Source: Escherichia phage Phi1
Length of the DNA stretch: 64,000 bases
Sequence record: EF437941
Reading direction: 5' to 3' (one strand)
Part shown: in pieces, positions 51,901 through 60,959 of the stretch
Layout: the number at the start of each line of letters is the position of its first letter
How positions within the stretch are numbered: the stretch's first letter is position 1
Position numbers and translations under genes: made by a program
The notes under the pieces: generated by a model
The model's database searches: none
Seen by the model: only the letters and a program-made list of their open reading frames with translations
What the model was told of the DNA's origin: nothing

Positions 51901-52705
51901 TACTGGAACGGCGCAAGCAGTTAATAGTGGCGCTATCGCTTTCGGTCAAATCAATGATGGTGGAGTCGTCGAGCATTACGCCTTTGCTATGGAACACACT
52001 GGCGACGCGACAGCATATAGAAACTTTATGGCAGGTCGTAACCTGTATGCAAAACAAGGCGGTTTATACATTGTTGACCTGTCTAATCCGGCAATGACTC
52101 GTTCCTCAGATGGTATGCTGAATATCGGTCACGGTGGAAGTGTTAACATCAAGGCAGGTTATCAGAATCTGACTACAGAGATCGCCGGACAGAAATATCA
52201 GATCGTACACACAGGAAACGCTGACGAAGTTCTTAACCGTCAGTTTGTTAAGAATGCTGGCGATACAATGGTCGGTAAGCTGACTATGGATAATGCGCCT
52301 ATTGTTTCTGTTAAGCATGAAGCTAGCGCGGCAACCGCCCCGGCAATCGGTAACATCGGTTTCTGGAATATGCGAGTTACTACCCAGAACATCAAAGAAA
52401 CTTATCCAGAGAAGAAAAACGGTACTCTGATGCAATGGGGTACTGACGCGGACGGGCTTACCCAGCTTTGGTCCCCTGATGGTACTCATAAACATTATAT
52501 CCGTTCCGGTACTGGTGGTCAATGGACCGCATGGGGTGAAATTTACACCAAACAGAACAAACCTACCGCCCAGGAAATCGGGGCAGTAGTTGCAGAAGGT
52601 GGTTTAATGAACTCTATGACGGTGCGTGACTGGATCAAGGTTGGTAATGTTAAAATCATCGCCAATAATCTGACTCGTACCGTAGACTTTATCTGGGAAG
52701 ACTAA
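48965..52705 (+). CDS. 34: long tail fibre proximal subunit gp34
   Basis: From ATG 48965: MADFSQHFKATFGFDAGNEKVVNVALADKNVNTDAVNVEFF parallels T4 gp34 MAEIKREFRAEDGLDAGGDKIINVALADRTVGTDGVNVDYL; about 1246 aa. Confidence 0.9.
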   Translation: MADFSQHFKATFGFDAGNEKVVNVALADKNVNTDAVNVEFFNYHNGITQYDTTRGYDQYGTTIYQNRPYYAKEDITKPAGDFDPTKWQALRTDPRWDYIAATSGDTPLQSGDYIAADGQFANLTFSMPTKPAEGDTITVKDIGGKCGVNELSFLSSGHEFYHNGNVYNRKWYCTTPYAMNYFIFVRNRWHVYQTGTEPRGVYAQPAIDAIQMQNGDQVFRRSSLGNITLVLPKFANNGDMIQTTDLDGLTATNHVTVKVHEHAEEQSIGTSGLKEIIGKRSGHGVFIFDKTENLWRLWDGDQSVRLKPIIDDTRLQPNSYVAVFGDRDVTLTLPTNVEPGDRIQVSMQYMHGNQNCRIITATEDTKILMSKNMVQLPKRSEYPFNGTDTWKEVSELSFNAASDYVPYLEFSYSEGDDGKKHWLVAHSHPIVERVDPTRKERVGVIALATQTETNKNHEENPSDEVAVTPKMLANKTANETRRGIARIATQAETHQDTGSNFLDDVIVTPKKLNDCVATEARRGVMEIATQHETNEGLDDTRAITPKKLEERRASEDLAGIAEIVQVGGSAAARRGEAGTGIYNINDHAKIVTPKNINEVKATETSRGVGYLATDAEVQGATESTPQDALLITTRTLTKRTATESRTGIAEIATQEETNLGQSDNHIITPKKLHTRRATETLHGLAEIATQPEFDAGLDDARISTPLKIKTFFENAQRLKVDPTQGLNLTGDLWQGIMIRGLDATEDTKGVAKVATTQLTDAGQDDTTIITPKKLQGKKATEGKEGIIRVGTQAETVAGTLANVAISPKNFKYVVQTEDTWKATEARRGFLKVATQENCFVGDNLQGSTQELGNYQHDGIAVTPKGLNYALANFLPKMATAQNSLKLGNVEAAKWARRDIDQTIESNYTFNKNVNVKGDLECLKSGSFETLYVTKNSTDDPSNGHLVLGERGVDGHTGITLHGTTASEGMKNSWSIIVGGTGTAQAVNSGAIAFGQINDGGVVEHYAFAMEHTGDATAYRNFMAGRNLYAKQGGLYIVDLSNPAMTRSSDGMLNIGHGGSVNIKAGYQNLTTEIAGQKYQIVHTGNADEVLNRQFVKNAGDTMVGKLTMDNAPIVSVKHEASAATAPAIGNIGFWNMRVTTQNIKETYPEKKNGTLMQWGTDADGLTQLWSPDGTHKHYIRSGTGGQWTAWGEIYTKQNKPTAQEIGAVVAEGGLMNSMTVRDWIKVGNVKIIANNLTRTVDFIWED

Positions 52706-52739
52706 TTAAAGGGGGCGAAAGCCCCCATATGGGGTTATT

Positions 52740-53879
52740 ATGACACAAGAGATAGAATTACGCAACACTGGAATTAGGTTTGCGCATTTCGACGAAGACT
52801 CTGCGACATTTACCAGCATTTCAGAAAATAACTCTGTGATGTATAAGCTGGAAGTGCGCGGATCTAATGCGGATTCTACCAAACCAGCAAGAATTAGATT
52901 TAATGGAGTGGAGATTGTTGGCACTGGCTATGAAAATGGCCTAAATTTTAAAGTTCTTACTCCAACTGGACAATTACACGAAGAAAAGGTATTCTATGGT
53001 CGCGGTGCTGTTTTGGCAATGCGTGATTATCTTTCTTTGCTGAAAGGTGACTATATCATTGCGATGGCAACGCATGGAGAATTGTTTGCAGATCCGATAA
53101 GTGATGATGTATTTTCTAAGCTGGGATCTGTATCATTCCCGAATCACATTTTGTTACAGCAAATGCCTCGTGTATCATATGCAGCAATTTATTCTACTAA
53201 AATGGGTAAAATTGTGTGCGAAGGTATGCAAGCGACCCACGGGGAAGGACAAGATTCATCTATACAAATTGAGAAAGTCTATGATACTATAGATGATCTT
53301 GCTATAACAGGAACACCACAACGATTTTTAGATTATCCGGTTGAGTATGTGAGCGAAGATGCCGAACATTTCGAGCTAATACAATGGCCTCACGATGAGA
53401 TCAGCGCCCCACTTGAGGATTTTAACATAAAGGCAGGTGACAAACTATCAATATCCTTTGAATTGTTCCGTGATAGTGCCGCAGCCGCAGCCAACGTAAC
53501 AGCGCGTTTCTATCACAACTACTTCACCGATGGACAATATCAAACTGGTGTTCGATACAATGCCAGCAAAAAAGACCAATGGGAAAAGTTTGAAGCCGTC
53601 TATACCGTACCGGAAGGAGTTGATAGTGTAGTAACTGGTTGTATCAGATATCCAACCAACTCCAATGAAGGTATTGTTAAAATTAGAAACATACTAATAA
53701 CGCCGATCAGTGGAGTCGTCAAAACTACTGGTCCTACTTCATTTGGTGTTAATGGTGTTAGAACAACTCATATTCAGGATAACGGTGATTTTACTAACCC
53801 TGTAATGAGTCTTCTTAAACTACCCAGAGATAATAAACACATCACATCCAACAACTTTAAAGAGTTTGATGTTGATTAA
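52740..53879 (+). CDS. 35: long tail fibre hinge protein gp35 (by synteny and size)
   Basis: 379 aa between gp34 and gp36 (T4 gp35 is 372 aa); sequence not verified from memory. Confidence 0.55.
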   Translation: MTQEIELRNTGIRFAHFDEDSATFTSISENNSVMYKLEVRGSNADSTKPARIRFNGVEIVGTGYENGLNFKVLTPTGQLHEEKVFYGRGAVLAMRDYLSLLKGDYIIAMATHGELFADPISDDVFSKLGSVSFPNHILLQQMPRVSYAAIYSTKMGKIVCEGMQATHGEGQDSSIQIEKVYDTIDDLAITGTPQRFLDYPVEYVSEDAEHFELIQWPHDEISAPLEDFNIKAGDKLSISFELFRDSAAAAANVTARFYHNYFTDGQYQTGVRYNASKKDQWEKFEAVYTVPEGVDSVVTGCIRYPTNSNEGIVKIRNILITPISGVVKTTGPTSFGVNGVRTTHIQDNGDFTNPVMSLLKLPRDNKHITSNNFKEFDVD

Positions 53880-53889
53880 CATTTTTTAC

Positions 53890-53920
53890 AAGCCGATCCA
53901 TGTGGTCGGCTTTATTTTTA
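53890..53920 (+). terminator. Rho-independent terminator after gene 35
   Basis: Stem AAGCCGA / TCGGCTT with loop tccatgtgg, followed by TATTTTTAT. Confidence 0.5.
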
Positions 53921-54040
53921 TACAGTTGGTTAAAATGTAACCAAAACGAAGAAAGATCTTTAGAATAATAGAAAATTTGTTTCGGTTAAAAATTAGTCAG
54001 TGCCTACGGCACGTCGCGAAGCGATATTTTGTTAACATTC

Positions 54041-54048
54041 TATAAATA
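54041..54048 (+). promoter_or_regulatory. T4-type late promoter (TATAAATA) for gene 36
   Basis: Exact TATAAATA 33 nt upstream of the gp36 ATG. Confidence 0.5.
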
Positions 54049-54081
54049 CTCGGAACTATAACTAATTTTTGAGGTTACTTT

Positions 54082-55572
54082 ATGGCAGATTTGAAATATG
54101 GATCTACTGTAGGTGGATCTCCCATTTGGACGCAAGGAAACTTGACGATCCAGCCAGCGGGGGATCAGCTTTTCTACAAAGGTCATAAAATCTATACCGC
54201 TTTTGATAGACCTTCGGCTACCGATTTTGATGCTGTTAGTGCATCCGAAGGTGGCACATTTCAAAAGCAAGTTCATTTCGAGGAAGGTTTAAGCGTAGGT
54301 AGCGCATCGGCTGGAGAAACTAAAAAGAATGGTATCTTTAAAGGTCAGAGTGACGCTGCTAATTTTGACGGTGTAAGCTGGGGTTTGCATTCATGGAAGT
54401 CAATCGGCTTTGTTAATGCCCGTGATGGCGTTATAATGGCGTATATTGACACCACAACGGGCGAATTTAAGTCTAAAGGGACTATCGAAGGGACAACCAT
54501 TAAAGACACAGGTCAACGCGTCTATAGCCCTGTTAATAAACCAACGAATAATGATTTAGATTTGGTGTCTCGTCGCGGTGATACCCTCACAGGAACATAT
54601 AATTTAAACACCGTCACTGTTAAACTATCGGTTGATTCGAAATTAATTGCAAGGGAACGTGATTTAATTAATTTTGATGCGACTAAGATCTATTATGGTA
54701 ACGTTCTTGATACGTTGGTATTCCGAAGTAAAGATGAGCCTACCATTTTTGTTAATGGCAAAGAAGGTCGTTTTTATCACACCAACAATAAACCAACTAA
54801 AGCCGATGTTGGACTAGGCAATGTCACCAATGATGCACAGGTTAAACGTGCTGGTGATATTATGGAAGGTAACTTGCAAGCGCCTAGAATGTTGGCGACA
54901 AACGATCCTGCTGGTCCGAATGAATTGGTTCGTTTGAGCTACTTTGAGAGAAAATCAATGGTAGCAAATCCAACCATCATTGGAAACGTTGATTGGAACA
55001 CTCTTATTAATCGCGGTATCTATCGTGTGGAAAATGCTGGGTCGGGTACTAATAAACCGTCTGATAGCTATTATAACGGCGTTTTGATGGTATATCGCCC
55101 AGAAGATGCGGTCGGTACTCGTCGAATTGTTCAGGTGTATTATCCTGAATCTATTGACCATCCGATGTGCTGGCGTTCTTGTTCTAATGAATCATGGACT
55201 GCATGGAACTATGTAGATCACCGTAAATTAGCCGATATTCGCTATGTTAACGTAACTGGCGATACCATGACAGGACCGTTAACTGTTCCGGCGGCAAACG
55301 GTGTTAGAACAGCTAAAACTAACTATAATGGGGATAATTGCTATGCAGCCTTAAGTGGTGCTGATGGCACTGCTATGATTCACCGTATCAGTGATATTAA
55401 AGGGACCGAAAAGCTGGGGATCACCCACGACTCAAAGGTCGTGTTTTTCCGTTCTAGAAACAATACTCAAACCGTGGACCGCTATCAGCTTTATCATGAA
55501 GGTAATAAACCTACTCCGGCTGATGTTGGCGCAGTTCCACTTAATGCGGTGATTGATTTTGGTACTTTCTAA
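54082..55572 (+). CDS. 36: long tail fibre distal connector gp36 (enlarged)
   Basis: MADLKYGSTVGGSPIWTQGNLTIQPAGDQLFYKGHKIYTAF matches T4 gp36 MADLKVGSTTGGSVIWHQGNFPLNPAGDDVLYKSFKIYSEY; 496 aa versus 221 aa in T4. Confidence 0.8.
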   Translation: MADLKYGSTVGGSPIWTQGNLTIQPAGDQLFYKGHKIYTAFDRPSATDFDAVSASEGGTFQKQVHFEEGLSVGSASAGETKKNGIFKGQSDAANFDGVSWGLHSWKSIGFVNARDGVIMAYIDTTTGEFKSKGTIEGTTIKDTGQRVYSPVNKPTNNDLDLVSRRGDTLTGTYNLNTVTVKLSVDSKLIARERDLINFDATKIYYGNVLDTLVFRSKDEPTIFVNGKEGRFYHTNNKPTKADVGLGNVTNDAQVKRAGDIMEGNLQAPRMLATNDPAGPNELVRLSYFERKSMVANPTIIGNVDWNTLINRGIYRVENAGSGTNKPSDSYYNGVLMVYRPEDAVGTRRIVQVYYPESIDHPMCWRSCSNESWTAWNYVDHRKLADIRYVNVTGDTMTGPLTVPAANGVRTAKTNYNGDNCYAALSGADGTAMIHRISDIKGTEKLGITHDSKVVFFRSRNNTQTVDRYQLYHEGNKPTPADVGAVPLNAVIDFGTF

Positions 55573-55577
55573 TTTTA

Positions 55578-55601
55578 GCGGGGATTATCTCCCCGCTTTT
55601 C
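55578..55601 (+). terminator. Rho-independent terminator after gene 36
   Basis: Stem GCGGGGA / TCCCCGC with loop ttatc, followed by TTTT. Confidence 0.55.
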
Positions 55602-55642
55602 TAAATAATATTATTCTAATAACCGTTTAAGGATTTTATAAA

Positions 55643-58585
55643 ATGGCAGATTTAAGCAGAATCCAATTTAAACGCACTAGCACTAAAGGTCGTAAACCTG
55701 ATGCTAGTACGATGAATCCGGGGGAATTGGCAATCAACCTTGCGGATCAATATCTTCTTACTAAAAATGATTCCGGTGCTATTATCAATTTAAGTTGTCC
55801 TCCGGTTTATGACCGCGATGTTACAATGGCGGGTAAGGTTAAAGGTAATAATTATATCTTAAGTAAAACCGCCAACTATCTGGAAGATCAGACAGCGCGA
55901 GATCTTAATTACTTTGGTGCTTTCCGAACTAATGGACAAGATGGTCTTTTAGATCTAACTCTTAATGTTCCTCATTCTGCTGGCGTTAATCATGGTCGAG
56001 GATTTACTTTCCGTTATGCGACTGGCGGATCTCGTGTTGAAACCTATGGGTATAATGCACAGGGACAAAAAGCATTTAGCTATAAAATGTATCATGAAGG
56101 TGATAAACCTACCCCATCGGAATTGAACGTTTATAGCAAACAAGAAGTTGACCGTATGTTTGTTAAAACCGTTAAACTTGCTACAGTTCCTGTTGATATC
56201 GTTGACGGTTATTTTAAATTAGCAACTGCAATGATTCCGCAAAACGGTCGTAGTGTATTTTTCCGTATTCATGGTGGTAACGGATATAACGTTACTGCAT
56301 ACGATCAAGTTGATATTGTAGAAATTGTTATTCGCAGTGGAAATAATCGTCCTAAAGGTGTTAACGTTATTGCATACCGCCGAAATACAAACAAAGCATT
56401 TGATGTTTTGGCTGTTAATACTTCGGGTGATAACTATGATATCTACGTGAAATATCAGCGTTACACTGATAACGTTATTGTTGAATTTGGTAAAAGTGTT
56501 GATGTTGATCTGGTGGTTCATGACGTTCCAGACTTTGTTGTTGATCGTCCTGTTGGCGATAATGTTATTGGCGGTCGCGCGGTAACTCTTTTCAACACCG
56601 AAAACAAACGAGGTGTGTTGAGTTTTGACGATAACACACAAAATAGTTATGATATTGTTCACTTGAGTAATGATAGGGGTACTGGACGGAAATATATTCG
56701 TAAATTCCGTAGCAACTATAACGAAATGATCTGGCATGAGACGGTTCAAGGTTCTACTTATCGACTCGCCACGGGTAGTACAGATGCCCAGGAGATTCTA
56801 TCCGTTGAATCTAGTAGCTCTATTGCTGGGACTCATAAAGGTAATATTCTTTCTGGTCGAATGATGTTGGGTGGTGGTAGTAATGTTATTACCTTGCGGC
56901 GTCCTGCTGGTCAATCCAACCATATTACGTTTCAAGATAATCGGACTGGATCTATTACCCGTCAAGGGTGGATCGGTTATGGTAATGCTGATACTAACGT
57001 TTTTGAATGGTATAGTGATGTGGGTGGTAGTTCTATTCGTCACCACATCGACGGACAGATCGAATTTCAGACAGGTAACACAAAACGAGTTTATACTAAC
57101 GCTCAATTCATCTCAATGAATAGCGACGCCTACCGAATGCTCTACGGTAATTACGGTGCATTCTGGCGTAATGACGGCGTTAAAGTTTATCTTCTTTCTA
57201 CTGCCGAAAATGATAAATTGGGCGGGTGGAATGCCTATCGTCCATTCATTTATGATTTAACTTCCGGTAACGTTCAATTAGGCGGTGATGGTAACGAAGA
57301 TGCATTAACGTTAGAACGTGCTTCTCGTGCCGCTCGATTTAGTAATGACGTTTACATTAAGAAAGGGCATTTGACTTTCGACGCTGGGCGATTAAATTCC
57401 CGCGATTATTTCCGGTTTAACCATTGGGGTGATAGCAATAACGCGCGTGATAACATCTTACAGCTTGACGATAGCATGGGTGCACACTTCACCACTGAAC
57501 GTACTTTAGCAACTGGTGCAATTAAAACTAAATTCTTCGGTAATTTGGAATCTGCTGGTCAAATTAAATGGGGTAAAGGGACCGCCACATCTACGTTTAC
57601 TCTACGTGTATGGGGTAGCGATAGCCGTAAACAAATATTTGAATGCGGCGATGAAAGCGGGTGGCATTGGTATACCCAACGCGCGGGCGGTCCGGATACT
57701 TCTGCAATTGAGTTTGCCATCAACGGTACTCTTAGGCCGCAAGCAATTACCACTGGCGGTAATATTATTTTGGGCGGTTCTGATATTGATTTTCGTCGCA
57801 CTGGTAATAAGCATATCTGGTTTAGAGATCCGAACGGTTTAGAGTTAGGCTTGATGTACTGCGATGATGCTGGTGTTATTCGCTTCCGTGGTCAGAAACA
57901 AGCTCAGGCGTGGAAATTTGCAGATAAAATGATCCAGTTGGAATCTGGCACTGTATCCGGTGGCGGTAATGGCCTGATTCGTGGTGAAGTTGCTGGCGGT
58001 AGTTGGGCTAGCTGGCGTGACCGTCCTGCTGGTCTTATGGTTGGGTGTCCTCAATCCGTTGACTCGGCACATAACGTATGGAAAGCGACGCATTGGGGTA
58101 AATATCACATTGCAGCAATGGGTGTACATGTTCCTAGTGGTACTATTACCAATGCTTTAGCTCGCCTAAACGTTCATGACGCCAACTTTGACTTTAGCGC
58201 CTCCGGTGATATGACGATAGGTCGTAACGGTTCGTTTAACGATGTTTACATTCGTTCTGATGCTCGCCTTAAAATCAATAAGGAAGAGTATAAAGAGAAT
58301 GCCACAGATAAAGTTAATCGCTTGACGGTATACACCTATGACAAGGTTAAATCTTTAACCGACCGTACTGTCATTGCTCATGAAGTTGGTATTATTGCTC
58401 AGGATCTTGAAAAAGAATTGCCGGAAGCCGTAACAACTTCTAAGATCGGCGACCCAGATAATCCAGAAGAGATCTTAACAATTTCTAACTCTGCTGTCAA
58501 CGCTCTTTTAATTAAGGCGTTTCAGGAAATGAGCGAAGAATTGAAAGCCGTTAAAGCTGAACTAGCGGAACTTAAAAAGAATTAA
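55643..58585 (+). CDS. 37: long tail fibre distal subunit gp37 with C-terminal intramolecular-chaperone-like domain
   Basis: MADLSRIQFKRTSTKGRKPDASTMNPGELAINLADQ matches T4 gp37 [36 protein letters not shown]; the C-terminal ~110 aa (VYIRSDARLKINKEEYK...NALLIKAFQEMSEELKAVKAEL) looks like a self-cleaving tail-spike chaperone domain. Confidence 0.85.
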   Translation: MADLSRIQFKRTSTKGRKPDASTMNPGELAINLADQYLLTKNDSGAIINLSCPPVYDRDVTMAGKVKGNNYILSKTANYLEDQTARDLNYFGAFRTNGQDGLLDLTLNVPHSAGVNHGRGFTFRYATGGSRVETYGYNAQGQKAFSYKMYHEGDKPTPSELNVYSKQEVDRMFVKTVKLATVPVDIVDGYFKLATAMIPQNGRSVFFRIHGGNGYNVTAYDQVDIVEIVIRSGNNRPKGVNVIAYRRNTNKAFDVLAVNTSGDNYDIYVKYQRYTDNVIVEFGKSVDVDLVVHDVPDFVVDRPVGDNVIGGRAVTLFNTENKRGVLSFDDNTQNSYDIVHLSNDRGTGRKYIRKFRSNYNEMIWHETVQGSTYRLATGSTDAQEILSVESSSSIAGTHKGNILSGRMMLGGGSNVITLRRPAGQSNHITFQDNRTGSITRQGWIGYGNADTNVFEWYSDVGGSSIRHHIDGQIEFQTGNTKRVYTNAQFISMNSDAYRMLYGNYGAFWRNDGVKVYLLSTAENDKLGGWNAYRPFIYDLTSGNVQLGGDGNEDALTLERASRAARFSNDVYIKKGHLTFDAGRLNSRDYFRFNHWGDSNNARDNILQLDDSMGAHFTTERTLATGAIKTKFFGNLESAGQIKWGKGTATSTFTLRVWGSDSRKQIFECGDESGWHWYTQRAGGPDTSAIEFAINGTLRPQAITTGGNIILGGSDIDFRRTGNKHIWFRDPNGLELGLMYCDDAGVIRFRGQKQAQAWKFADKMIQLESGTVSGGGNGLIRGEVAGGSWASWRDRPAGLMVGCPQSVDSAHNVWKATHWGKYHIAAMGVHVPSGTITNALARLNVHDANFDFSASGDMTIGRNGSFNDVYIRSDARLKINKEEYKENATDKVNRLTVYTYDKVKSLTDRTVIAHEVGIIAQDLEKELPEAVTTSKIGDPDNPEEILTISNSAVNALLIKAFQEMSEELKAVKAELAELKKN

Positions 58586-58626
58586 GGAAAACTCCCAGGG
58601 AAGGGAACTACTAAGGAGAAACGGCT

Positions 58627-58866
58627 ATGGTCTATAATATCGTCATTGGTGCTTTGTCTAATTTCGGAATGAAATTATTGTCAAAGTTAATTAGTGAAAA
58701 GATGCTCACTAAAATTTTCTTCTATTGCGCTCGTCGTCTTGCGGCTTATACCAATACGCCAATTGATGATCGTTTTGTGGAAGAACTTTATAAGGAGTTT
58801 AATAAAAATCAGTCAGAAGATAGTAACGAGCAAGATAAACCTAGTGATAGTCAACTACCTAAATAA
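58627..58866 (+). CDS. hypothetical protein (79 aa) in the position of T4 gene 38
   Basis: ORF between gp37 and holin t; no resemblance to T4 gp38 recognised. Confidence 0.45.
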   Translation: MVYNIVIGALSNFGMKLLSKLISEKMLTKIFFYCARRLAAYTNTPIDDRFVEELYKEFNKNQSEDSNEQDKPSDSQLPK

Positions 58867-58899
58867 GAGTACACTGTCATAGTTATCTTAGGGCGTTAT

Positions 58900-59556
58900 A
58901 TGCAAGTTTCTGAAAAAGGGAAAGACTTTGCTATCTCAAATGTCCTGCGCGCTATTTTCACAACTAAAAGCACGGAGTTGCTCGTACTTCGTGTTTTTGC
59001 TGCCGTCGTGTTGTCCATATTGGCATTTGTCGTTTATAGTAAAAACGAGTTATTTGCGCTTTATAAAGAGACTCGTTATGAGACTTATGCTCACATTCTC
59101 CAGGTAGAGAAAGACCGCAATTTTGATAATGCAGCACAGGAGCAGTTACAGATAGTTCATGTGTCGGCTGATGCCGATTTTTCTGCTGTTTTTAGTTTTC
59201 GTCCGAAAAACCTAAACTATTTTGTTGATTTGGTGGCATATGAAGGAAAGCTACCGCACACAATCGATGAAAAAAATTTAGGCGGATTCCCTATCAATAA
59301 AACGAGTGAAGAATATCGTAGGCATCTTTTAGGTAAATCCTATTTTACCGATAAAGATTTCCAGTATATTCCATCAAGAGAAAAGAAATTAGAGAATATC
59401 GATATAGGTTTCATGTATTCTTGTCCTATATTCAATCTCGATAATGTCTATTCTGGTAGTATCGCCATTTCATGGAAGAATAAACCGGATATTGACATTG
59501 AGAATTTAGATACTCTTTGCAATCAATCTGCCAGAATCCTCGGAAGGATTAGATAA
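58900..59556 (+). CDS. t: holin T
   Basis: 218 aa, the same length as T4 T; YKETRYETYAHILQVEKDR...EQLQIVHVSADADFSAVFSFRPKNLNYFVDLVAYEGKLPHTIDEKNLGG...MYSCPIFNLDNVYSG...ARILGRIR matches T4 holin. Confidence 0.9.
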   Translation: MQVSEKGKDFAISNVLRAIFTTKSTELLVLRVFAAVVLSILAFVVYSKNELFALYKETRYETYAHILQVEKDRNFDNAAQEQLQIVHVSADADFSAVFSFRPKNLNYFVDLVAYEGKLPHTIDEKNLGGFPINKTSEEYRRHLLGKSYFTDKDFQYIPSREKKLENIDIGFMYSCPIFNLDNVYSGSIAISWKNKPDIDIENLDTLCNQSARILGRIR

Positions 59557-59562
59557 CTTAAA

Positions 59563-59593
59563 GGGGAAGCCTTTCGGCCTCCCCTTCTTTTTA
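59563..59593 (+). terminator. terminator hairpin between the convergent holin t and minus-strand genes
   Basis: GGGGAAGCC-tttc-GGCCTCCCC (one mismatch) followed by TTCTTTTTATT. Confidence 0.5.
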
Positions 59594-59839
59594 TTGACGC
59601 ATAGAAGCCCCTGAATCACATTTTGACGCTGTATGATGAAAACAGGTAGCGTACCAGTCATCGGCTTGTTTGTCTTCGTCAGAAAACGCGTAATTTCGTT
59701 GTATGCCGTTTTCTACTTTGACCAGTGCAATGGCTGTTTCTGGAAGATCGATCAATCGTACAAAATCACCATCTTCCCACTCTACACGAGCAATATCATA
59801 ACCCATCTCAAAATAAACAATCGCTTGTTCTAATTTCAT
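59591..59839 (-). CDS. hypothetical protein (82 aa)
   Basis: ORF; overlaps the upstream gene's stop. Confidence 0.5.
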   Translation of the reverse strand: MKLEQAIVYFEMGYDIARVEWEDGDFVRLIDLPETAIALVKVENGIQRNYAFSDEDKQADDWYATCFHHTASKCDSGASMRQ

Positions 59840-60159
59840 TCTGGAAACTTCCCGTAAACATTCTCTGCTAATTTACGTGCATCTTTTACAATATCTTTCA
59901 TGTAATGACTATAATTTTTAGCTAGATCAATGATGCAATCAACAAAGAAGTAATAGCGTCGCAGTGCTACCAGCTCAACATCTTCAAGATGACCATTTTC
60001 TCCAATCGCTGAAATATGTTTAAATTCCTTTCGGATCGCGTCCATCGCGACATTAACTTCTTTTATAATATCTTTCGTATTATATGCACCTCGACTAATC
60101 AAAATTTTGGTTAGGTCTTCTGCTTTTTCGTGAAAGTTGTCAATTTCAAACTCGATCAT
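59836..60159 (-). CDS. hypothetical protein (107 aa), paralog of 60274..60606
   Basis: C-terminal DIVKDARKLAENVYGKFPE resembles the neighbour's IIDEARIMTENIFGKF. Confidence 0.5.
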   Translation of the reverse strand: MIEFEIDNFHEKAEDLTKILISRGAYNTKDIIKEVNVAMDAIRKEFKHISAIGENGHLEDVELVALRRYYFFVDCIIDLAKNYSHYMKDIVKDARKLAENVYGKFPE

Positions 60160-60273
60160 AATAACCTCTCATAATTTCACGCTGTTGTGTCAACATTTTT
60201 TCGTGGTTTGCTAATTCTATACATTGTAATAGCATAACCAGTGCAATTTTCAATGATTCATCATCTTTCATAA

Positions 60274-60606
60274 TCAAAATTTACCGAAAATATTCTCTGT
60301 CATAATTCTTGCTTCGTCGATTATTTTCGTCATGTTCATGGTGTAGTTATGATCATTTAGTGCTTTAATGACAACGAGCAAGGAATCTAAAAACACTCGA
60401 TACCGGGTATATTCTACGCTATTTGTGAATACCGATGTTTTCTCTACTTTATCGATCAGATAGCCTAAAACCGATAGCGCCTCGTTTACTTCCCTTGTTA
60501 CTTTATCGGCGCTAAACAACACCGGATAAAGACGCGGTGTGATTAACCGCGCTGCCTCTTTCAATTCTGTCGCTTTCCATGATTCATATTTGTCATAATT
60601 AAACAT
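60274..60606 (-). CDS. hypothetical protein (110 aa), paralog of 59836..60159
   Basis: See the paralog entry. Confidence 0.5.
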   Translation of the reverse strand: MFNYDKYESWKATELKEAARLITPRLYPVLFSADKVTREVNEALSVLGYLIDKVEKTSVFTNSVEYTRYRVFLDSLLVVIKALNDHNYTMNMTKIIDEARIMTENIFGKF

Positions 60607-60618
60607 TATACAATACCC

Positions 60619-60951
60619 TTACAGATGAAAACCTGTTACGATCACCGCATCGATCATACCGCTAGGAATAAACGGTTCGCCCTCTTTTATTTCAACTTTG
60701 AATTGATGCCATTTCGCTAATACTTCTTCCGGTACACCCAGCGATTCGGCGTCTGCTTTAGTTTCATCCATAATCCAACTAGGCTGCATGAGAGCATAGT
60801 TTACATAGTCCATTTCTGTGGTCATGTCATCAATGTTAATATATTTGCAATTGACGCGTTTCAGAATTTCAAATTCTTTATTGTCAACCTGTACCATGTA
60901 TAATTCAGTAGTTTCTGGAATCAGTTCCCACACAATCAGTACATTTTTCAT
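60619..60951 (-). CDS. hypothetical protein (about 110 aa)
   Basis: Start at ATG 60949-60951 with GTGAGG RBS (MKNVLIVWELIPE...). Confidence 0.5.
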   Translation of the reverse strand: MKNVLIVWELIPETTELYMVQVDNKEFEILKRVNCKYINIDDMTTEMDYVNYALMQPSWIMDETKADAESLGVPEEVLAKWHQFKVEIKEGEPFIPSGMIDAVIVTGFHL

Positions 60952-60959
60952 AGTTCGCC

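Noticed and set aside
52711-52726. GC hairpin GGGGGC-gaaa-GCCCCC between genes 34 and 35 as a terminator
   Set aside because: It is not followed by a U-tract on the plus strand; genes 34 and 35 are probably co-transcribed, so it is more likely a stability or processing structure.
55602-55642. CTAAATAA upstream of gene 37 as a late promoter
   Set aside because: It deviates from the highly conserved TATAAATA; not called without transcript evidence.
49053-58129. ORFs inside the tail-fibre genes, including 51014..51511 (165 aa), 52106..52522, 56219..56749 (176 aa) and 56798..57106
   Set aside because: Antisense or out-of-frame within gp34 and gp37; the compositional bias of the fibre genes produces long stop-free antisense frames.
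60160-60273. 37-aa minus-strand ORF and a TTGACA-like element between the two paralogs 59836..60159 and 60274..60606
   Set aside because: The ORF is very short with no clear RBS and the promoter lacks a credible -10 at the right spacing.
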